Origin: Alphaproteobacteria bacterium
Lineage (GTDB): Bacteria > Pseudomonadota > Alphaproteobacteria > G965218375
DNA length: 64,000 nt
Reading direction: 5' to 3'
NCBI GenBank assembly: GCA_965218375.1
Contig: OZ244618.1
Span: 186,432-250,431, forward strand
The position numbers and the translations under genes were made by a program. The stretch's first letter is position 1. The number at the start of each line of letters is the position of its first letter. Of this stretch, positions 49,946-60,381 are shown piece after piece. The notes below the pieces were generated by a model. It had not been told where the DNA came from. It saw only the letters and a list, made by a program, of their open reading frames with translations, and ran no database searches.

Positions 49946-51988
49946 TTACGATTCTGTATCTTTATCTTTATCTTTATTTGTATCTTTATTTGTATCTGTA
50001 TCTTTATCTGTATCTTTATCTTCTTCTTCAGGCTTTGGAGAGGATTTCTCTGACTTTTTCCTATCGCTTTCTAGCACATCTTGGAAAGCACCTTCATAGG
50101 CACGGGAGGTTGGAACAGAAGACCGAGATCCCGCACCAAAACGATAATTCTTATTCTCAAATGCCGATTCTGTGGGCGAACGATCTATTTTACCCGTTTC
50201 CAGAAGTCTGGTAATCTCACTCCCCGTAAGCGTCTCATACTCCAAAAGAGATTCCGCCAGGAGCACTAATTGATCATGGTGTTCTTTTAAGACACTTAAG
50301 GCTTTATCATACCCACCTATGACCAGACGATGGACTTCTTGATCAATTTTCTCGGATGTTTTTTCAGAAATAGTCTGTCCTCGGCTAACTGAGTGACCAA
50401 GGAAAACTTCATCTTGATTTTCCCCATACTCCAATGGCCCTAATTCATCACTAAACCCCCAACGGGTAACAGCTGCACGCGCCATTCTGGTTGCCTGTTG
50501 AATATCACTCTGGGCGCCACTGGTAACATTTTTGTAACCAAAGGTAATCTCTTCAGACGCACGCCCTCCCATTGACATGGCAAGCCTGCCGTATAATTGC
50601 TGGCGGGTAAAGTTTAAGACATCTTTCTCAGGTAAAACCTGCACCATTCCTAAAGCACGTCCACGGGGTATAATCGTCGCCTTATGAATCGGATCATTGC
50701 CCTCAACTTTAACAGAAACAAGAGCATGTCCTGCTTCATGATAAGCCGTAATTTTCTTGGTTTGATCATCCAACACCGCAGACTTTCGCTCCGCCCCCAT
50801 CATCACCTTATCACGGGCAGCATCCAAGTCTTCCAAACTAACAACACGCTTATTAAAACGGGCCGCAAACAGAGCACCTTCATTGACCAAGTTCGCAAGA
50901 TCGGCCCCAGAAAATCCTGGCGTTCCCCGTGCAATAATTCGAGAGTCCACGTTGGGCGCGCACTTAATTTTCTTCAAGTGCACTTGAAGAATTTTTTCAC
51001 GCCCTGCAATATCTGGATTAGGTACGGAAATTTGACGATCGAAACGTCCCGGTCTCAGCAAGGCTGGGTCGAGGATATCTGGACGGTTACTGGCGGCAAT
51101 TAAGATAACCCCTTCATTAGATTCAAATCCATCCATTTCAACTAAGAGTTGGTTTAAGGTTTGCTCTCTCTCATCATTACCGCCCCCAAGTCCAGCACCC
51201 CTGTGGCGCCCTACGGCGTCAATCTCGTCAATAAAAATAATACAAGGAGAATTCTTTTTGGCCTGCTCAAACATGTCACGGACACGACTGGCACCCACAC
51301 CCACGAACATCTCAACAAAGTCAGAACCAGATATGGTAAAGAATGGCACATTTGCTTCACCCGAAACTGCACGGGCTATAAGGGTTTTTCCTGTCCCCGG
51401 AGGACCCACCAACAACACGCCTTTAGGAATACGTCCGCCAAGACGTTGAAACTTTTGCGGGTCACGCAGAAACTCAACAATTTCTTCAAGTTCTTCTTTG
51501 GCTTCATTAACGCCTGCAACATCTTCAAAGGTCACAAGACCGCTTTTCTTGGTCAACATACGTGCTCGAGACTTTCCAAATCCCATTGCACGCCCGCCAC
51601 CACCTTGCATTTGACGCATAAAGAAAAAGTAAAGTCCAATTAAAACAATGAATGGTAACCAGTTGATTAATAACGATATAAATGACACTCCTTTATCTAA
51701 AGGAGAAGCGGTAATTACCACTTTATTTTCTAAAAGTTTGTCAACAAAATTAGAGTCATCTGGTGCATAGGTGAAAAAACTACTCCCCGTACTCGTATGG
51801 CCAGAAATATAATTACTTTTAATTGTCACATCACTAATCTTGCCATTTTCAACTTGAGAGATAAATTCAGAAAAAGCGATGCTTTGACCACTTTTTGTGG
51901 TATCCTCCCCCATAAAAACGTTAAAAAATCCAATAATTAAGACTAAAATTATACCCCATAATAAAATATTACGACTAAGATTATTCAC
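49946..51988 (-). CDS. ftsH: ATP-dependent zinc metalloprotease FtsH
   Basis: GPPGTGKT Walker A, HEAGH zinc motif, two N-terminal TM segments; 680 aa. Confidence 0.97.
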   Translation of the reverse strand: MNNLSRNILLWGIILVLIIGFFNVFMGEDTTKSGQSIAFSEFISQVENGKISDVTIKSNYISGHTSTGSSFFTYAPDDSNFVDKLLENKVVITASPLDKGVSFISLLINWLPFIVLIGLYFFFMRQMQGGGGRAMGFGKSRARMLTKKSGLVTFEDVAGVNEAKEELEEIVEFLRDPQKFQRLGGRIPKGVLLVGPPGTGKTLIARAVSGEANVPFFTISGSDFVEMFVGVGASRVRDMFEQAKKNSPCIIFIDEIDAVGRHRGAGLGGGNDEREQTLNQLLVEMDGFESNEGVILIAASNRPDILDPALLRPGRFDRQISVPNPDIAGREKILQVHLKKIKCAPNVDSRIIARGTPGFSGADLANLVNEGALFAARFNKRVVSLEDLDAARDKVMMGAERKSAVLDDQTKKITAYHEAGHALVSVKVEGNDPIHKATIIPRGRALGMVQVLPEKDVLNFTRQQLYGRLAMSMGGRASEEITFGYKNVTSGAQSDIQQATRMARAAVTRWGFSDELGPLEYGENQDEVFLGHSVSRGQTISEKTSEKIDQEVHRLVIGGYDKALSVLKEHHDQLVLLAESLLEYETLTGSEITRLLETGKIDRSPTESAFENKNYRFGAGSRSSVPTSRAYEGAFQDVLESDRKKSEKSSPKPEEEDKDTDKDTDTNKDTNKDKDKDTES
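49955..50029. repeat. Hexanucleotide (T/G)TATCT tandem repeat encoding the K/D/T-rich C-terminal tail of FtsH
   Basis: About 12 imperfect hexamers read directly from the sequence. They translate as [22 protein letters not shown]. Confidence 0.85.
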
Positions 51989-52215
51989 AGTTTTTTTCCA
52001 TTTCTAATAAGATTGAGGGCCACTTGGAAACTCCTAAAATTCCACAACTAACACATAGACGATGGGCAGTTTAATACTACACCATAACACCAAACATGCC
52101 AATCTATATGATATTTAAAATATAAATCCAAAACTTCATTTATTCATACAAGATAATCACAATAAAAAACAACAATAAACCTACCTGTACGCGATATCTT
52201 AGGGCCATAGAACGC

Positions 52216-53445
52216 TTATAATGCAACAAAGGGAGGGGGTACAAGAGCGACACTGGGATTAAAACATACTTTATAACTGAACGCCTCCCCGTCCAGCACA
52301 GGGGCATCTTGATCCCATACAACTGGCCACGTTCGACGTAATACCGCGGGCCACGAGGCAATTTTTAACCCGTTTAAACGGCGAGAGGACACCTTCCCCA
52401 AGGGCGCAACCGTCACAGGTTGCTCGGTATAAATATCAAACCTTTCATCCCAACGGGAATACTTAATTGGTATCTTTTGATATAAAGGCAGGTGGCGCGC
52501 CTCGCGATATAAATGCAAAGCGCCTTTTTTCCATAAAAAAAGGACACCTAGCAAAGTATGATTTACACCTGGATTCCCTAAAATAGTCTCAACTTTTTCC
52601 AAAGATGGCAAATAGGTCGTTCGCCCGCGCACCCATCTGACCGCCCACGCAATCGCAAGACAGACGGCGCGACAAGAAAAGTCATTCATCACCGTTAAAG
52701 TCACTTCCGCGCACCCTCGAAAGTCTGGTCGAATATGCAGGACACTAAAAGACCTTGCCTCCGCCTCCAATGCCTGTCTTGCTTTGACGCAGCTGTCCCG
52801 ATCATAAAACGTCACAAGGTCACGATTTCTTACACGCACACGCTCATAGGCAGCATTCTGATTCGAGACATCCTCCAACCATGGAATATGAGAAGATTTA
52901 CAGTATTGTGTAATCTCATCCCGCGTGAAAGTTAATAATGGCCGCAAAACTCTCACCCCCTCCTTAATAATCGAGGCGCTCAAACCCGCAAGCCCCAGGG
53001 ATGCCCCTCCCTTGTGGGTGCGCGCTTGGCGCATAATAATAGTCTCGATATTATCCTGAGCATGGTGCCCCACAAGCAAATGGATGATGCCTTTTTGATG
53101 ACAAAAATGCGACAACAAGCGATACCTTGCATCGCGGGCAGCAGACTGGATTCCTGTTTTTGGCTTACACTCACGCCACAATAAGGTGTGATGCTCAACG
53201 CCTAAAGCGGAACAATAGGCCCCAACCCAGTGAGCCTCATGGCTAGATTCAGGGCGCAATCCATGATCAACCGTTAACGCCACCACATGACAAACACCCT
53301 TTTTGGCCACTGCTAAATTCAAAAGCGCCATGCTGTCCCGACCTCCAGAGACAGCAACAGCTAGAACCAAAGGATTTCCTCGACATCCCAAGTATTCCAA
53401 ATTTTGGTTAAATGCATCCTCTAAAGAAGTTTGCATAACGTCCAT
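52216..53445 (-). CDS. tilS: tRNA(Ile)-lysidine synthase
   Basis: PP-loop VAVSGGRDSMAL. I prefer the ATG at 53445, just after the ybgF stop, over the 53496 start, which would overlap ybgF by 50 nt. Confidence 0.85.
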   Translation of the reverse strand: MDVMQTSLEDAFNQNLEYLGCRGNPLVLAVAVSGGRDSMALLNLAVAKKGVCHVVALTVDHGLRPESSHEAHWVGAYCSALGVEHHTLLWRECKPKTGIQSAARDARYRLLSHFCHQKGIIHLLVGHHAQDNIETIIMRQARTHKGGASLGLAGLSASIIKEGVRVLRPLLTFTRDEITQYCKSSHIPWLEDVSNQNAAYERVRVRNRDLVTFYDRDSCVKARQALEAEARSFSVLHIRPDFRGCAEVTLTVMNDFSCRAVCLAIAWAVRWVRGRTTYLPSLEKVETILGNPGVNHTLLGVLFLWKKGALHLYREARHLPLYQKIPIKYSRWDERFDIYTEQPVTVAPLGKVSSRRLNGLKIASWPAVLRRTWPVVWDQDAPVLDGEAFSYKVCFNPSVALVPPPFVAL

Positions 53446-53446
53446 T

Positions 53447-54454
53447 CTACATCCCGCTATCCTGACAAGAAAGTTTCTTAAGGTCCTGTGCAACATAGTT
53501 TACTGTGGCACCTTGCAGATCAGGGAACGCCTTTTTAAACTGGAATAAAATTGTGCATGCCTGATTATTGTCCCCCATTTCAGAGAATGACCGCGAAAGC
53601 TTTAAAAGGATATCAGGTGACTTTTTGCCATCAGGAAAGGCTTTGTAGCCATTTAAAAAGACAACTGCCGCCCGCTCATAGTCTTTTCGCACATATAAAG
53701 ACTCTGCCTGCCAATAGTAGGCATTACTTGACAACTCATCATTAGGGTGGGCTTTTAAAAACTGGTTGAAGGCCTGCTCCGCCTTATCGTATTGACGTGT
53801 GCGGATAAAATTAAGGGCTGCCCGATACTTTTCTTTCACGGAACCATCTTGAGGGATTAACATTTCGGTAGTCTGCTCCGCCACGCCCTCCTCCTTAGAG
53901 GCAGTAGAGATGCTTTGCGCCGTATTCACGCCAAGAGTTTGTACCCGGCTTAACTTAAAGGCATCCGCATCACCGCTGAAATCATCAAGTGCCCCCTCAG
54001 ACTGTTGAGCACTTGATTGACTCCTCAATGCCTGAATGTTGTCTTCCACTGAACGTAAACGAAAATCAAGGTCAACGACCAACTTATCTAAGCGTGTACT
54101 AATACTTTCAATCTCATGATAAAGTACTTCATAGTTACCAATAAGGATTTGTTGTTCTTTTTCTATATTTAAAACTCGATCAAAAAATAAATCCGTCTCT
54201 GCCTGAATAACACTCTTATCTACTTTAGACATAGATAAAGGTTTTTGACTCGATACACTGTCATTATTTACAGGCACGCCATCAGAATAAAATGCCCGCT
54301 GCAGCATATTTAAGTTTTCCTCAAGCCGAACGAGGCGCTCATATATAGCCCCTACACGCCCATCAGCACTGGCATTACTAACAGCGAATACATTACTCTG
54401 CGCCAAAGCGAAATTTGAAAAAGTCAATAAAGACAATAAAATAATATGAAACAA
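53447..54454 (-). CDS. cpoB: Tol-Pal system protein YbgF/CpoB
   Basis: Signal peptide, coiled-coil middle region, C-terminal TPR region (YYWQAESLYVRKDYERAA...); TTG start. Confidence 0.85.
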   Translation of the reverse strand: MFHIILLSLLTFSNFALAQSNVFAVSNASADGRVGAIYERLVRLEENLNMLQRAFYSDGVPVNNDSVSSQKPLSMSKVDKSVIQAETDLFFDRVLNIEKEQQILIGNYEVLYHEIESISTRLDKLVVDLDFRLRSVEDNIQALRSQSSAQQSEGALDDFSGDADAFKLSRVQTLGVNTAQSISTASKEEGVAEQTTEMLIPQDGSVKEKYRAALNFIRTRQYDKAEQAFNQFLKAHPNDELSSNAYYWQAESLYVRKDYERAAVVFLNGYKAFPDGKKSPDILLKLSRSFSEMGDNNQACTILFQFKKAFPDLQGATVNYVAQDLKKLSCQDSGM

Positions 54455-54491
54455 AACAAACTCAACATCAGAAATATTTAAATATAATAAG

Positions 54492-54521
54492 GTGTAACAC
54501 CCAAACTTATGGGTGCTACAC
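54492..54521 (-). terminator. Terminator-like hairpin downstream of pal
   Basis: 11-bp stem (GUGUAGCACCC/GGGUGUUACAC on the minus-strand RNA, one G-U pair) followed by U-rich sequence. Confidence 0.5.
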
Positions 54522-54582
54522 TTAAAAAATAAAAGCTATTTTAACTAAAAAGGTGTTTTTTTGCCCAGTAAAGCAATCAGTA

Positions 54583-55131
54583 CTAGTTAGATTGCACTTC
54601 CGTCACTACACGGCGATTTGCTGCCCAAGCTGACTCATTTGAGCCAAGAACATCGGGACGCTCTTTACCATAGCTAATAACGCGGATGCGGTTTTCATTT
54701 ACACCCAAAGCAATCAAATAGTCTTTGACGATTGCAGAACGGCGCGTACCTAAAGCCAAGTTATATTCACGAGTTCCACGCTCATCAGCATGGCCTTCTA
54801 CTACAACAGTAAACGACTGATTCTTATTTAACCAAGCTGCCTGAAGCCGTAATGTTTTGCGTGCATCCAGATCCAGGTCTGACCTATCAAAACCAAAAAA
54901 CACCCTATCCCCCGCTTCAGAGACAAAAGACTCTTTAGTCACAACGCTAGGTGACGTCTCTTGAGATACAACCGAAGTGGCTGGTTCAGATGGTTGGCTT
55001 ACTTGTTCAGAAGTGACCTGAGTGGTGGTATTTCCACTTCCATCTGCAGCAACATCTATTTCAGGTTTTTTTACAAAACAGCCACTCATTAATAAACTAA
55101 CAGCTAATAAACTAATAATCTTAAAATGCAT
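54583..55131 (-). CDS. pal: Peptidoglycan-associated lipoprotein Pal
   Basis: Lipobox LMSGC and OmpA-like domain (VVEGHADERGTREYNLALGTRRS). Confidence 0.93.
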   Translation of the reverse strand: MHFKIISLLAVSLLMSGCFVKKPEIDVAADGSGNTTTQVTSEQVSQPSEPATSVVSQETSPSVVTKESFVSEAGDRVFFGFDRSDLDLDARKTLRLQAAWLNKNQSFTVVVEGHADERGTREYNLALGTRRSAIVKDYLIALGVNENRIRVISYGKERPDVLGSNESAWAANRRVVTEVQSN

Positions 55132-55318
55132 TATAAGCTCCCATGGGCAAAATTAAAAAATAAAAACAAAACAACACTGTAAATTAACGTTACCAACTCC
55201 CGTTAACTAGCATAAACAAAACGACTATATAATCAATAACTAACAATTTAATAATTTCTTGTATACAAATAAATAGCCCTTTATTGAAGATAATATGATT
55301 CTATGAAAAAGAGAATCT

Positions 55319-56734
55319 CTATTGCACCTCTTTAATACTTTTCAAAGGTGACCATGCGGGGTCAGAACCTTCTAAAGGGGTAATCACATGACGGAAACTA
55401 CGACCACTAATATCAATAGCGTATATGCGTGACTCCCCTCCTGATCCATCGGATGCAACGGGATTTTTTCTGTAAAACAGAAGTTGACGCCCATTTGGCG
55501 ACCACGCGGGACCTTCCACATGAAAATTATCTGGCATCTTTACATGGTCAAGCAAGCGCTCACTCGACCCATCAACGGCCATTACCCCAACATAAAAAAG
55601 TCCATCATATTGTTTGGTAAAGGCGATTAAATCCCCTCGAGGCGACCAAACAGGCGTTGTATATAATGCCCCGCACCGCAATTTAGTTCCATTCTTAGTA
55701 TGATAACTTATACGTTTACTGTTCTTGCCATTAGCATCCATAACATAGAGTTGGGGACAGCCTGGCTTATTTGAAACATAAACAATTTTTTTACCATCTG
55801 GCGAATAACTTGGAGAGATATCCATCCACGAATTATTAGTAAGACGCTTCATGACGCGCGTCTCTAAGTTCATGGCATAAATCTCAAAACTGCCCCCCTT
55901 TCTCCCTTTTTTTTTCATATCGGCCGCAAGAATAATCTTTTCCCCATCAGGTGAAAAACGCGGGGAAATTGTCATACCAGAGAATTCACCTATGAGCTCT
56001 TGCACCCCCGTCTCGATATTAAACAAGTACGCACGCGGCATTTTATTAAAATAGTTCAAATAAACAATACGCTGATCATTTGGAGAGAAACGCGGACCTA
56101 AAACTAAGTCTTTACCATCAGACAAAAAACGATGATTCTCACCATCCTGATCCATAATTGCCAAACGCGTTATCTTCTTTTTATTGGATCCTGATTCTGA
56201 AATATACACAATACTCGTATCAAAATAGCCACTTTCCCCCGTAAGGCGCGTATATATGTTGTCTGAGATAATATGGGCAATCCGTCGCCAAAAATCATAG
56301 GAAGCAAAGTAATACTTACCACGGATTTGTTGCTCTCGCACCGTATCCCAGAGGCGAAACTCAATACGGATGGTGCCATCACCGACCATCTCCCCTTTTA
56401 AGGTAACTAACGCATCTGCGCGAATCTGTCGCCAATAATTAAAACTAGGGAGCGCCCCTTGCACCAAAGATGCATCAATATGTGCATTTTTATCTACAAT
56501 CGAAAACAGACCAGAACGAATAAGATTATTTGTAATTACCTCTGAAATACCAGAGACAAATTGCTCTTCAGGAGAGCCCTTCGCTGACTGCACAACAAGT
56601 GCAATGGGAAGTGGCTCGGCATTACCATTGGTAATATCAATCTTTAATGTCCCATATGCCTTCACAGAACCTAATAACAAAAAACATGCTAAAAATACAA
56701 ATCTGTGTGCAGCAAAAAATCTTACTTTTATCAT
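55319..56734 (-). CDS. tolB: Tol-Pal system beta-propeller protein TolB
   Basis: Signal peptide; repeated SPDG/SPNG/SPRG blades; 471 aa. Confidence 0.95.
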   Translation of the reverse strand: MIKVRFFAAHRFVFLACFLLLGSVKAYGTLKIDITNGNAEPLPIALVVQSAKGSPEEQFVSGISEVITNNLIRSGLFSIVDKNAHIDASLVQGALPSFNYWRQIRADALVTLKGEMVGDGTIRIEFRLWDTVREQQIRGKYYFASYDFWRRIAHIISDNIYTRLTGESGYFDTSIVYISESGSNKKKITRLAIMDQDGENHRFLSDGKDLVLGPRFSPNDQRIVYLNYFNKMPRAYLFNIETGVQELIGEFSGMTISPRFSPDGEKIILAADMKKKGRKGGSFEIYAMNLETRVMKRLTNNSWMDISPSYSPDGKKIVYVSNKPGCPQLYVMDANGKNSKRISYHTKNGTKLRCGALYTTPVWSPRGDLIAFTKQYDGLFYVGVMAVDGSSERLLDHVKMPDNFHVEGPAWSPNGRQLLFYRKNPVASDGSGGESRIYAIDISGRSFRHVITPLEGSDPAWSPLKSIKEVQ

Positions 56735-56747
56735 TATAATACTCAGG

Positions 56748-57743
56748 TTACCTTAATAAATCGATTGGATCAAAACTTAATTCAATTTCTTTCCATTGAT
56801 TATATTTCCCTTTGGGTAAACTTTTCAAGGGACTACAATCAATAACCGCGCGCTCGACGGACTCAGTCAGCGCTCTTTTAGCGTATTGCGCTGGGCCAGA
56901 AGAACTTGTCAAAACTCGGTGACGTTTTCTTTCACCGCTAATAGATAACCACACTTTTACCCTGACAATACCCGCCGCATTGGACGACATCCCTATTGGT
57001 AATTTCCAGCACTGATAATACTGGAATTGAATCGCATCAATCTCACTTATAGTTAGTTTAAGATTCTTTTTATTTTCTTCTTTAACTTTTGACGATAAAG
57101 ACCCTTTATCATTATCTTTTTTATCTACCTGACGGCTCACGACAGACGCGGCATCTTTCTCTTGAATGCGTTTATCTAGTAGGGAAATTAAATTATCAAC
57201 ATCAAAACTATTTTCTTTTTTACTAGCCTTTTGCTGAACTTTCGGTGCTGGTTTGGGGGGTGTTGGCGCAGGCTTTGGAGGCGTTGGTGCAGGCTTTGGG
57301 GGCGCTGGCTTTAGGGGCGTTGGTGCTGGTTTGGGGGGCGCTGGCTTTAGGGGCGTTGGTGCTGGTTTGGGGGGTGTTGGCGCAGGTTTTGGCAGAACAG
57401 GCGCGGGTTCCGTTATGGATTTTGGCGCTGGAGCTGGTGCAGGCTCTGGTTCAGGCTCTGGAGCTGGAGCTGGCTCTGGAGCTGGAGCTGGTGCAGACTT
57501 TGGTGCTGGTTCGGGTGAAGGTTGTATTTGTGTTGTCGGCAGAGCTTTCACCAAAGGCTCTTCATCTTCCACACTTTCGTTTTCTTCTTCCTTAAAGACA
57601 GTATCATCAGCAATATCCATAATTTCCACAACCATGTACGTCATGTCATTCTGCTGAAGTTTTTTGGATTCTGGAGCCACAAACATTACCAGCAGAAAAA
57701 AACCCATGTGTGCCATTAACGATATAGCAACCATCAAATACAT
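56748..57743 (-). CDS. tolA: TolA-like protein with a long Pro/Ala/Lys-rich linker
   Basis: N-terminal TM segment, (KPAPTPP)n linker, a C-terminal TolA/TonB-like domain, and its position between tolR and tolB. Confidence 0.8.
   Translation of the reverse strand: MYLMVAISLMAHMGFFLLVMFVAPESKKLQQNDMTYMVVEIMDIADDTVFKEEENESVEDEEPLVKALPTTQIQPSPEPAPKSAPAPAPEPAPAPEPEPEPAPAPAPKSITEPAPVLPKPAPTPPKPAPTPLKPAPPKPAPTPLKPAPPKPAPTPPKPAPTPPKPAPKVQQKASKKENSFDVDNLISLLDKRIQEKDAASVVSRQVDKKDNDKGSLSSKVKEENKKNLKLTISEIDAIQFQYYQCWKLPIGMSSNAAGIVRVKVWLSISGERKRHRVLTSSSGPAQYAKRALTESVERAVIDCSPLKSLPKGKYNQWKEIELSFDPIDLLR
57243..57530. repeat. Tandem coding repeats in tolA, including a perfect 36-bp duplication (57301-57336 = 57337-57372)
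   Basis: Read directly from the sequence. Encodes KPAPTPLKPAPP twice plus related 18- to 27-bp units. Confidence 0.9.
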
Positions 57744-57748
57744 ATTGT

Positions 57749-58183
57749 TTACTTTGCTACCTTCGGTGTCGTAATAAGGGCAATTTTATTAAAACCAGAT
57801 GCATTTACCAGACTCATCACATCAATAACTGTACCATAATCAACGTCTTTATCCCCACGAATAAAAATACGTAAATCAGGATTGCTATCAGTAATAGCAA
57901 TTAAACGAGGCAAGAGCTCATCAAGACTCACTTTCGTCTCTTGAAGATAAATAGCCCCATTGACATCAACAGTAATTGCAATCGGTTCATCTTGTCCCGA
58001 AACATTTTTTGCCTCCGTCTCTGGTAAATCAACCGTAACACCAGATGTCAGCAAGGGCGCTGCAACCATAAAAACAATTAACAAAACTAACATTACATCC
58101 ACAAACGGCGTAACATTAATTTCAGACATTGGCTGATAACGACCCCGCCTTTTATTTGATGAATTTGAAAGATTTGTACGCAT
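57749..58183 (-). CDS. tolR: Tol-Pal system protein TolR (ExbD/TolR family)
   Basis: INVTPFVDVMLVLLIVFM motif; 144 aa. Confidence 0.9.
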   Translation of the reverse strand: MRTNLSNSSNKRRGRYQPMSEINVTPFVDVMLVLLIVFMVAAPLLTSGVTVDLPETEAKNVSGQDEPIAITVDVNGAIYLQETKVSLDELLPRLIAITDSNPDLRIFIRGDKDVDYGTVIDVMSLVNASGFNKIALITTPKVAK

Positions 58184-58185
58184 AA

Positions 58186-58926
58186 TCAGTTATACTCATC
58201 CATTTTACGAGATAAAAACGCCACCAGTTCACTTCCAAATATTTGTAAACGATCGGCATAACGTCCTAAATCTGAGTTAAATTTATTAAAAGCTAAAACT
58301 GCTGGAATTGCTGCAAGCAAGCCAAGGGCAGTTGCAAACAAAGCTTCGGAGATCCCAGGGGCAACGACAGCTAGGCTGGTATTCTTCTCAATCGCGATAC
58401 TTTGAAAAGAATTCATAATCCCCCATACAGTTCCAAATAATCCGACAAAAGGTGCAACCGACCCCACAGAAGCTAAAAAAGTCATATTACGTTCTAACCT
58501 TTCCATTTCTCGATCAACGGTAATATTAATAACGCGATTTAACCGGTCCGATAGACCTGCGCCGAGTGTCCCAATATGAACGTGACTTTTTTTATTAGTT
58601 ATCCCCTTTAATGAGCGCTTCCACTCCCGCATGGTACCGACAAACAGGGCTGACATGGGATCCTTGGGCGCCCGTGAGACTTGTTCATATAAATCATCTA
58701 AAGAAGAGACATTCCAGAAGTTTTCTTCAAATTCATAAGCGGTACGTTTCAACCAACGAATACGGAAAATCTTCTCAAAAATAATAGCCCAACACCAAAT
58801 AGAGGAGAAAATCAAACCAATCATAACAGATTTAACAACCCAATCTGCATCCATAAAAAGACGGTAAATTCCGATTTTTTCGGAAGATATTTCTGTTATT
58901 AAACCACTGATAACCTCTGGCTCCAT
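58186..58926 (-). CDS. tolQ: Tol-Pal system protein TolQ (MotA/TolQ/ExbB family)
   Basis: Three TM segments and a conserved C-terminal channel motif (APFVGLFGTVWGIMNSF). I prefer the ATG at 58926, with GAGGAA upstream, over the TTG at 58959. Confidence 0.92.
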   Translation of the reverse strand: MEPEVISGLITEISSEKIGIYRLFMDADWVVKSVMIGLIFSSIWCWAIIFEKIFRIRWLKRTAYEFEENFWNVSSLDDLYEQVSRAPKDPMSALFVGTMREWKRSLKGITNKKSHVHIGTLGAGLSDRLNRVINITVDREMERLERNMTFLASVGSVAPFVGLFGTVWGIMNSFQSIAIEKNTSLAVVAPGISEALFATALGLLAAIPAVLAFNKFNSDLGRYADRLQIFGSELVAFLSRKMDEYN

Positions 58927-58964
58927 ACTTTTCCTCACTTCAATTAAATGGCGCGTCAAATGTA

Positions 58965-59031
58965 CTTGACCCCATGTGATATTAATAGGCCTTGCTTGAC
59001 CCCATGTGATACTAATAGACCTTTATTGACC
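58965..59031. repeat. Direct repeat CTTGACCCCATGTGATA(T/C)TAATAG(G/A)CC x2 (31-bp period) plus a partial third copy (ATTGACC)
   Basis: Read directly from the sequence. It lies immediately upstream of tolQ. Confidence 0.85.
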
Positions 59032-59322
59032 GCAGCATCCCCGACCCAAGCTAATTGCAATATTCATGAGAGTACCCCGCGCATCTTTACAATCAATGTC
59101 CTAGAAAACACCACCAAGGCACTCGCACAGCAAAACAAAATACACAGTAGTTTAATATAATTTTTAATAAAATATAGGTTACATGACAAATATTTATAAT
59201 AAAAACTACGATTTAAACACTTTATAAGTTCCTGAATAAAGAAACTCGCCTTTTGATTGCATTTTAACCTTTATAGCAGATTTTCTTTAGTATTGACATC
59301 TTAGCTTGATGCGTCCAAATAT

Positions 59323-60381
59323 TTACGAATTAAACAGGTCTTTGTTATTCCCCTCATGGGAGCTCAAATCCACAGGGGTCATGCCTAAGTGCAAGAGCGC
59401 GTATTTAGTGAGTATGCGACCGCGCGACGTGCGCTGAATAAACCCCTGCTGTAGCAAATATGGCTCAAGCACATCTTCAATGGTATCTTTTGGCTCACTT
59501 AATGCCGCCGACAGGGTTTCTATCCCCACAGGCCCCCCTTCATACAGGTTAGCAATACACGATAAATATCGCAGGTCCATTGCATCAAGCCCCATATGAT
59601 CAACCTCCAACCGTGTCAGGGCTTCATCAACCACGCGCTCATCAATAACGGACGTGCCCAGAACAACAGCAAAATCGCGAATCCTTCTTAAAAGTCGCCC
59701 CGAAACGCGGGGGGTTCCCCTTGACCTGCGCGCAATCTCGAAAGCACCCGCCTGAGTTAAGTCAACCCTTAAAAGGGACGCATTACGCATAACAATAAGC
59801 TCTAACTCTTTAGGGGTATAAAAATTAAGGCGCACAGGAATACCAAATCTATCCCGTAACGGCTTCGTAATCAAACCTGAACGAGTTGTCGCGCCAATCA
59901 GGGTAAATGGTGCCAGGTCAATTTGTACCGAGCGTGCAGACGGTCCTTCACCAATCATGACATCCATATGAAAGTCTTCCATGGCCAAGTATAGAACCTC
60001 TTCAACTGACGCACTTAAACGATGAATCTCATCAATAAAGAGGACATCATGGGGCTCAACACTGGTCAGAATCGCGGCTAAATCACCAGTTTTGGTGATA
60101 ACCGACCCTGAGGTCGTCCGAAAGCTCACCCCAAGTTCACGGGCAACAATTTGCGCTAAAGTTGTCTTACCAAGACCAGGAGGGCCATGAAACAAAACAT
60201 GATCCATAGCTTCCTTACGCTGTCGCGCCGCGCTAATGAAGACTTTTAGGTTTTCTCGTCCTGCGGCTTGTCCAATAAAATCATCTAAAGTCTGAGGACG
60301 CAAACTCCTCTCAATAATCTCCCGATTAGCGGCATCTTCCGATAGGGCTTTGTGATCAACTATTCGAGAAGAATCATTCAT
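59323..60381 (-). CDS. ruvB: Holliday junction helicase RuvB
   Basis: [11 protein letters not shown] Walker A and DEIHRL motifs; 352 aa. Confidence 0.97.
   Translation of the reverse strand: MNDSSRIVDHKALSEDAANREIIERSLRPQTLDDFIGQAAGRENLKVFISAARQRKEAMDHVLFHGPPGLGKTTLAQIVARELGVSFRTTSGSVITKTGDLAAILTSVEPHDVLFIDEIHRLSASVEEVLYLAMEDFHMDVMIGEGPSARSVQIDLAPFTLIGATTRSGLITKPLRDRFGIPVRLNFYTPKELELIVMRNASLLRVDLTQAGAFEIARRSRGTPRVSGRLLRRIRDFAVVLGTSVIDERVVDEALTRLEVDHMGLDAMDLRYLSCIANLYEGGPVGIETLSAALSEPKDTIEDVLEPYLLQQGFIQRTSRGRILTKYALLHLGMTPVDLSSHEGNNKDLFNS

Noticed and set aside
49930-50214. 94-aa plus-strand ORF containing (LY)n
   Set aside because: It is an antisense translation of the ftsH hexanucleotide repeat and overlaps the folP start and the ftsH 3' end.
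52140-52361. 73-aa minus-strand ORF overlapping the tilS 3' end
   Set aside because: It is out of frame with tilS and overlaps it by ~145 nt. The product is hydrophobic and Tyr/Leu-rich, typical of AT-rich noise.
53446-53496. Longer tilS start at 53496
   Set aside because: It would overlap ybgF by 50 nt. The ATG at 53445 sits immediately after the ybgF stop and still precedes the PP-loop by about 35 residues.
57245-57657. Gly/Ala-rich plus-strand ORFs (57245..57595, 57253..57657)
   Set aside because: They are antisense to the tolA proline-rich repeats, which is a compositional artefact.
49955-59031. Periodic repeats considered as a possible CRISPR array (ftsH tail, tolA linker, tolQ-upstream repeats)
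   Set aside because: The units are 6-36 bp, contiguous or in-frame coding, without unique spacers of CRISPR size, and no cas genes are present.
58948-59160. 70-aa plus-strand ORF upstream of tolQ (…LTPCDINRPCLTPCDTNRP…)
   Set aside because: Its apparent internal repeat is just the translated 31-bp DNA direct repeat. It has no RBS and an improbable composition.
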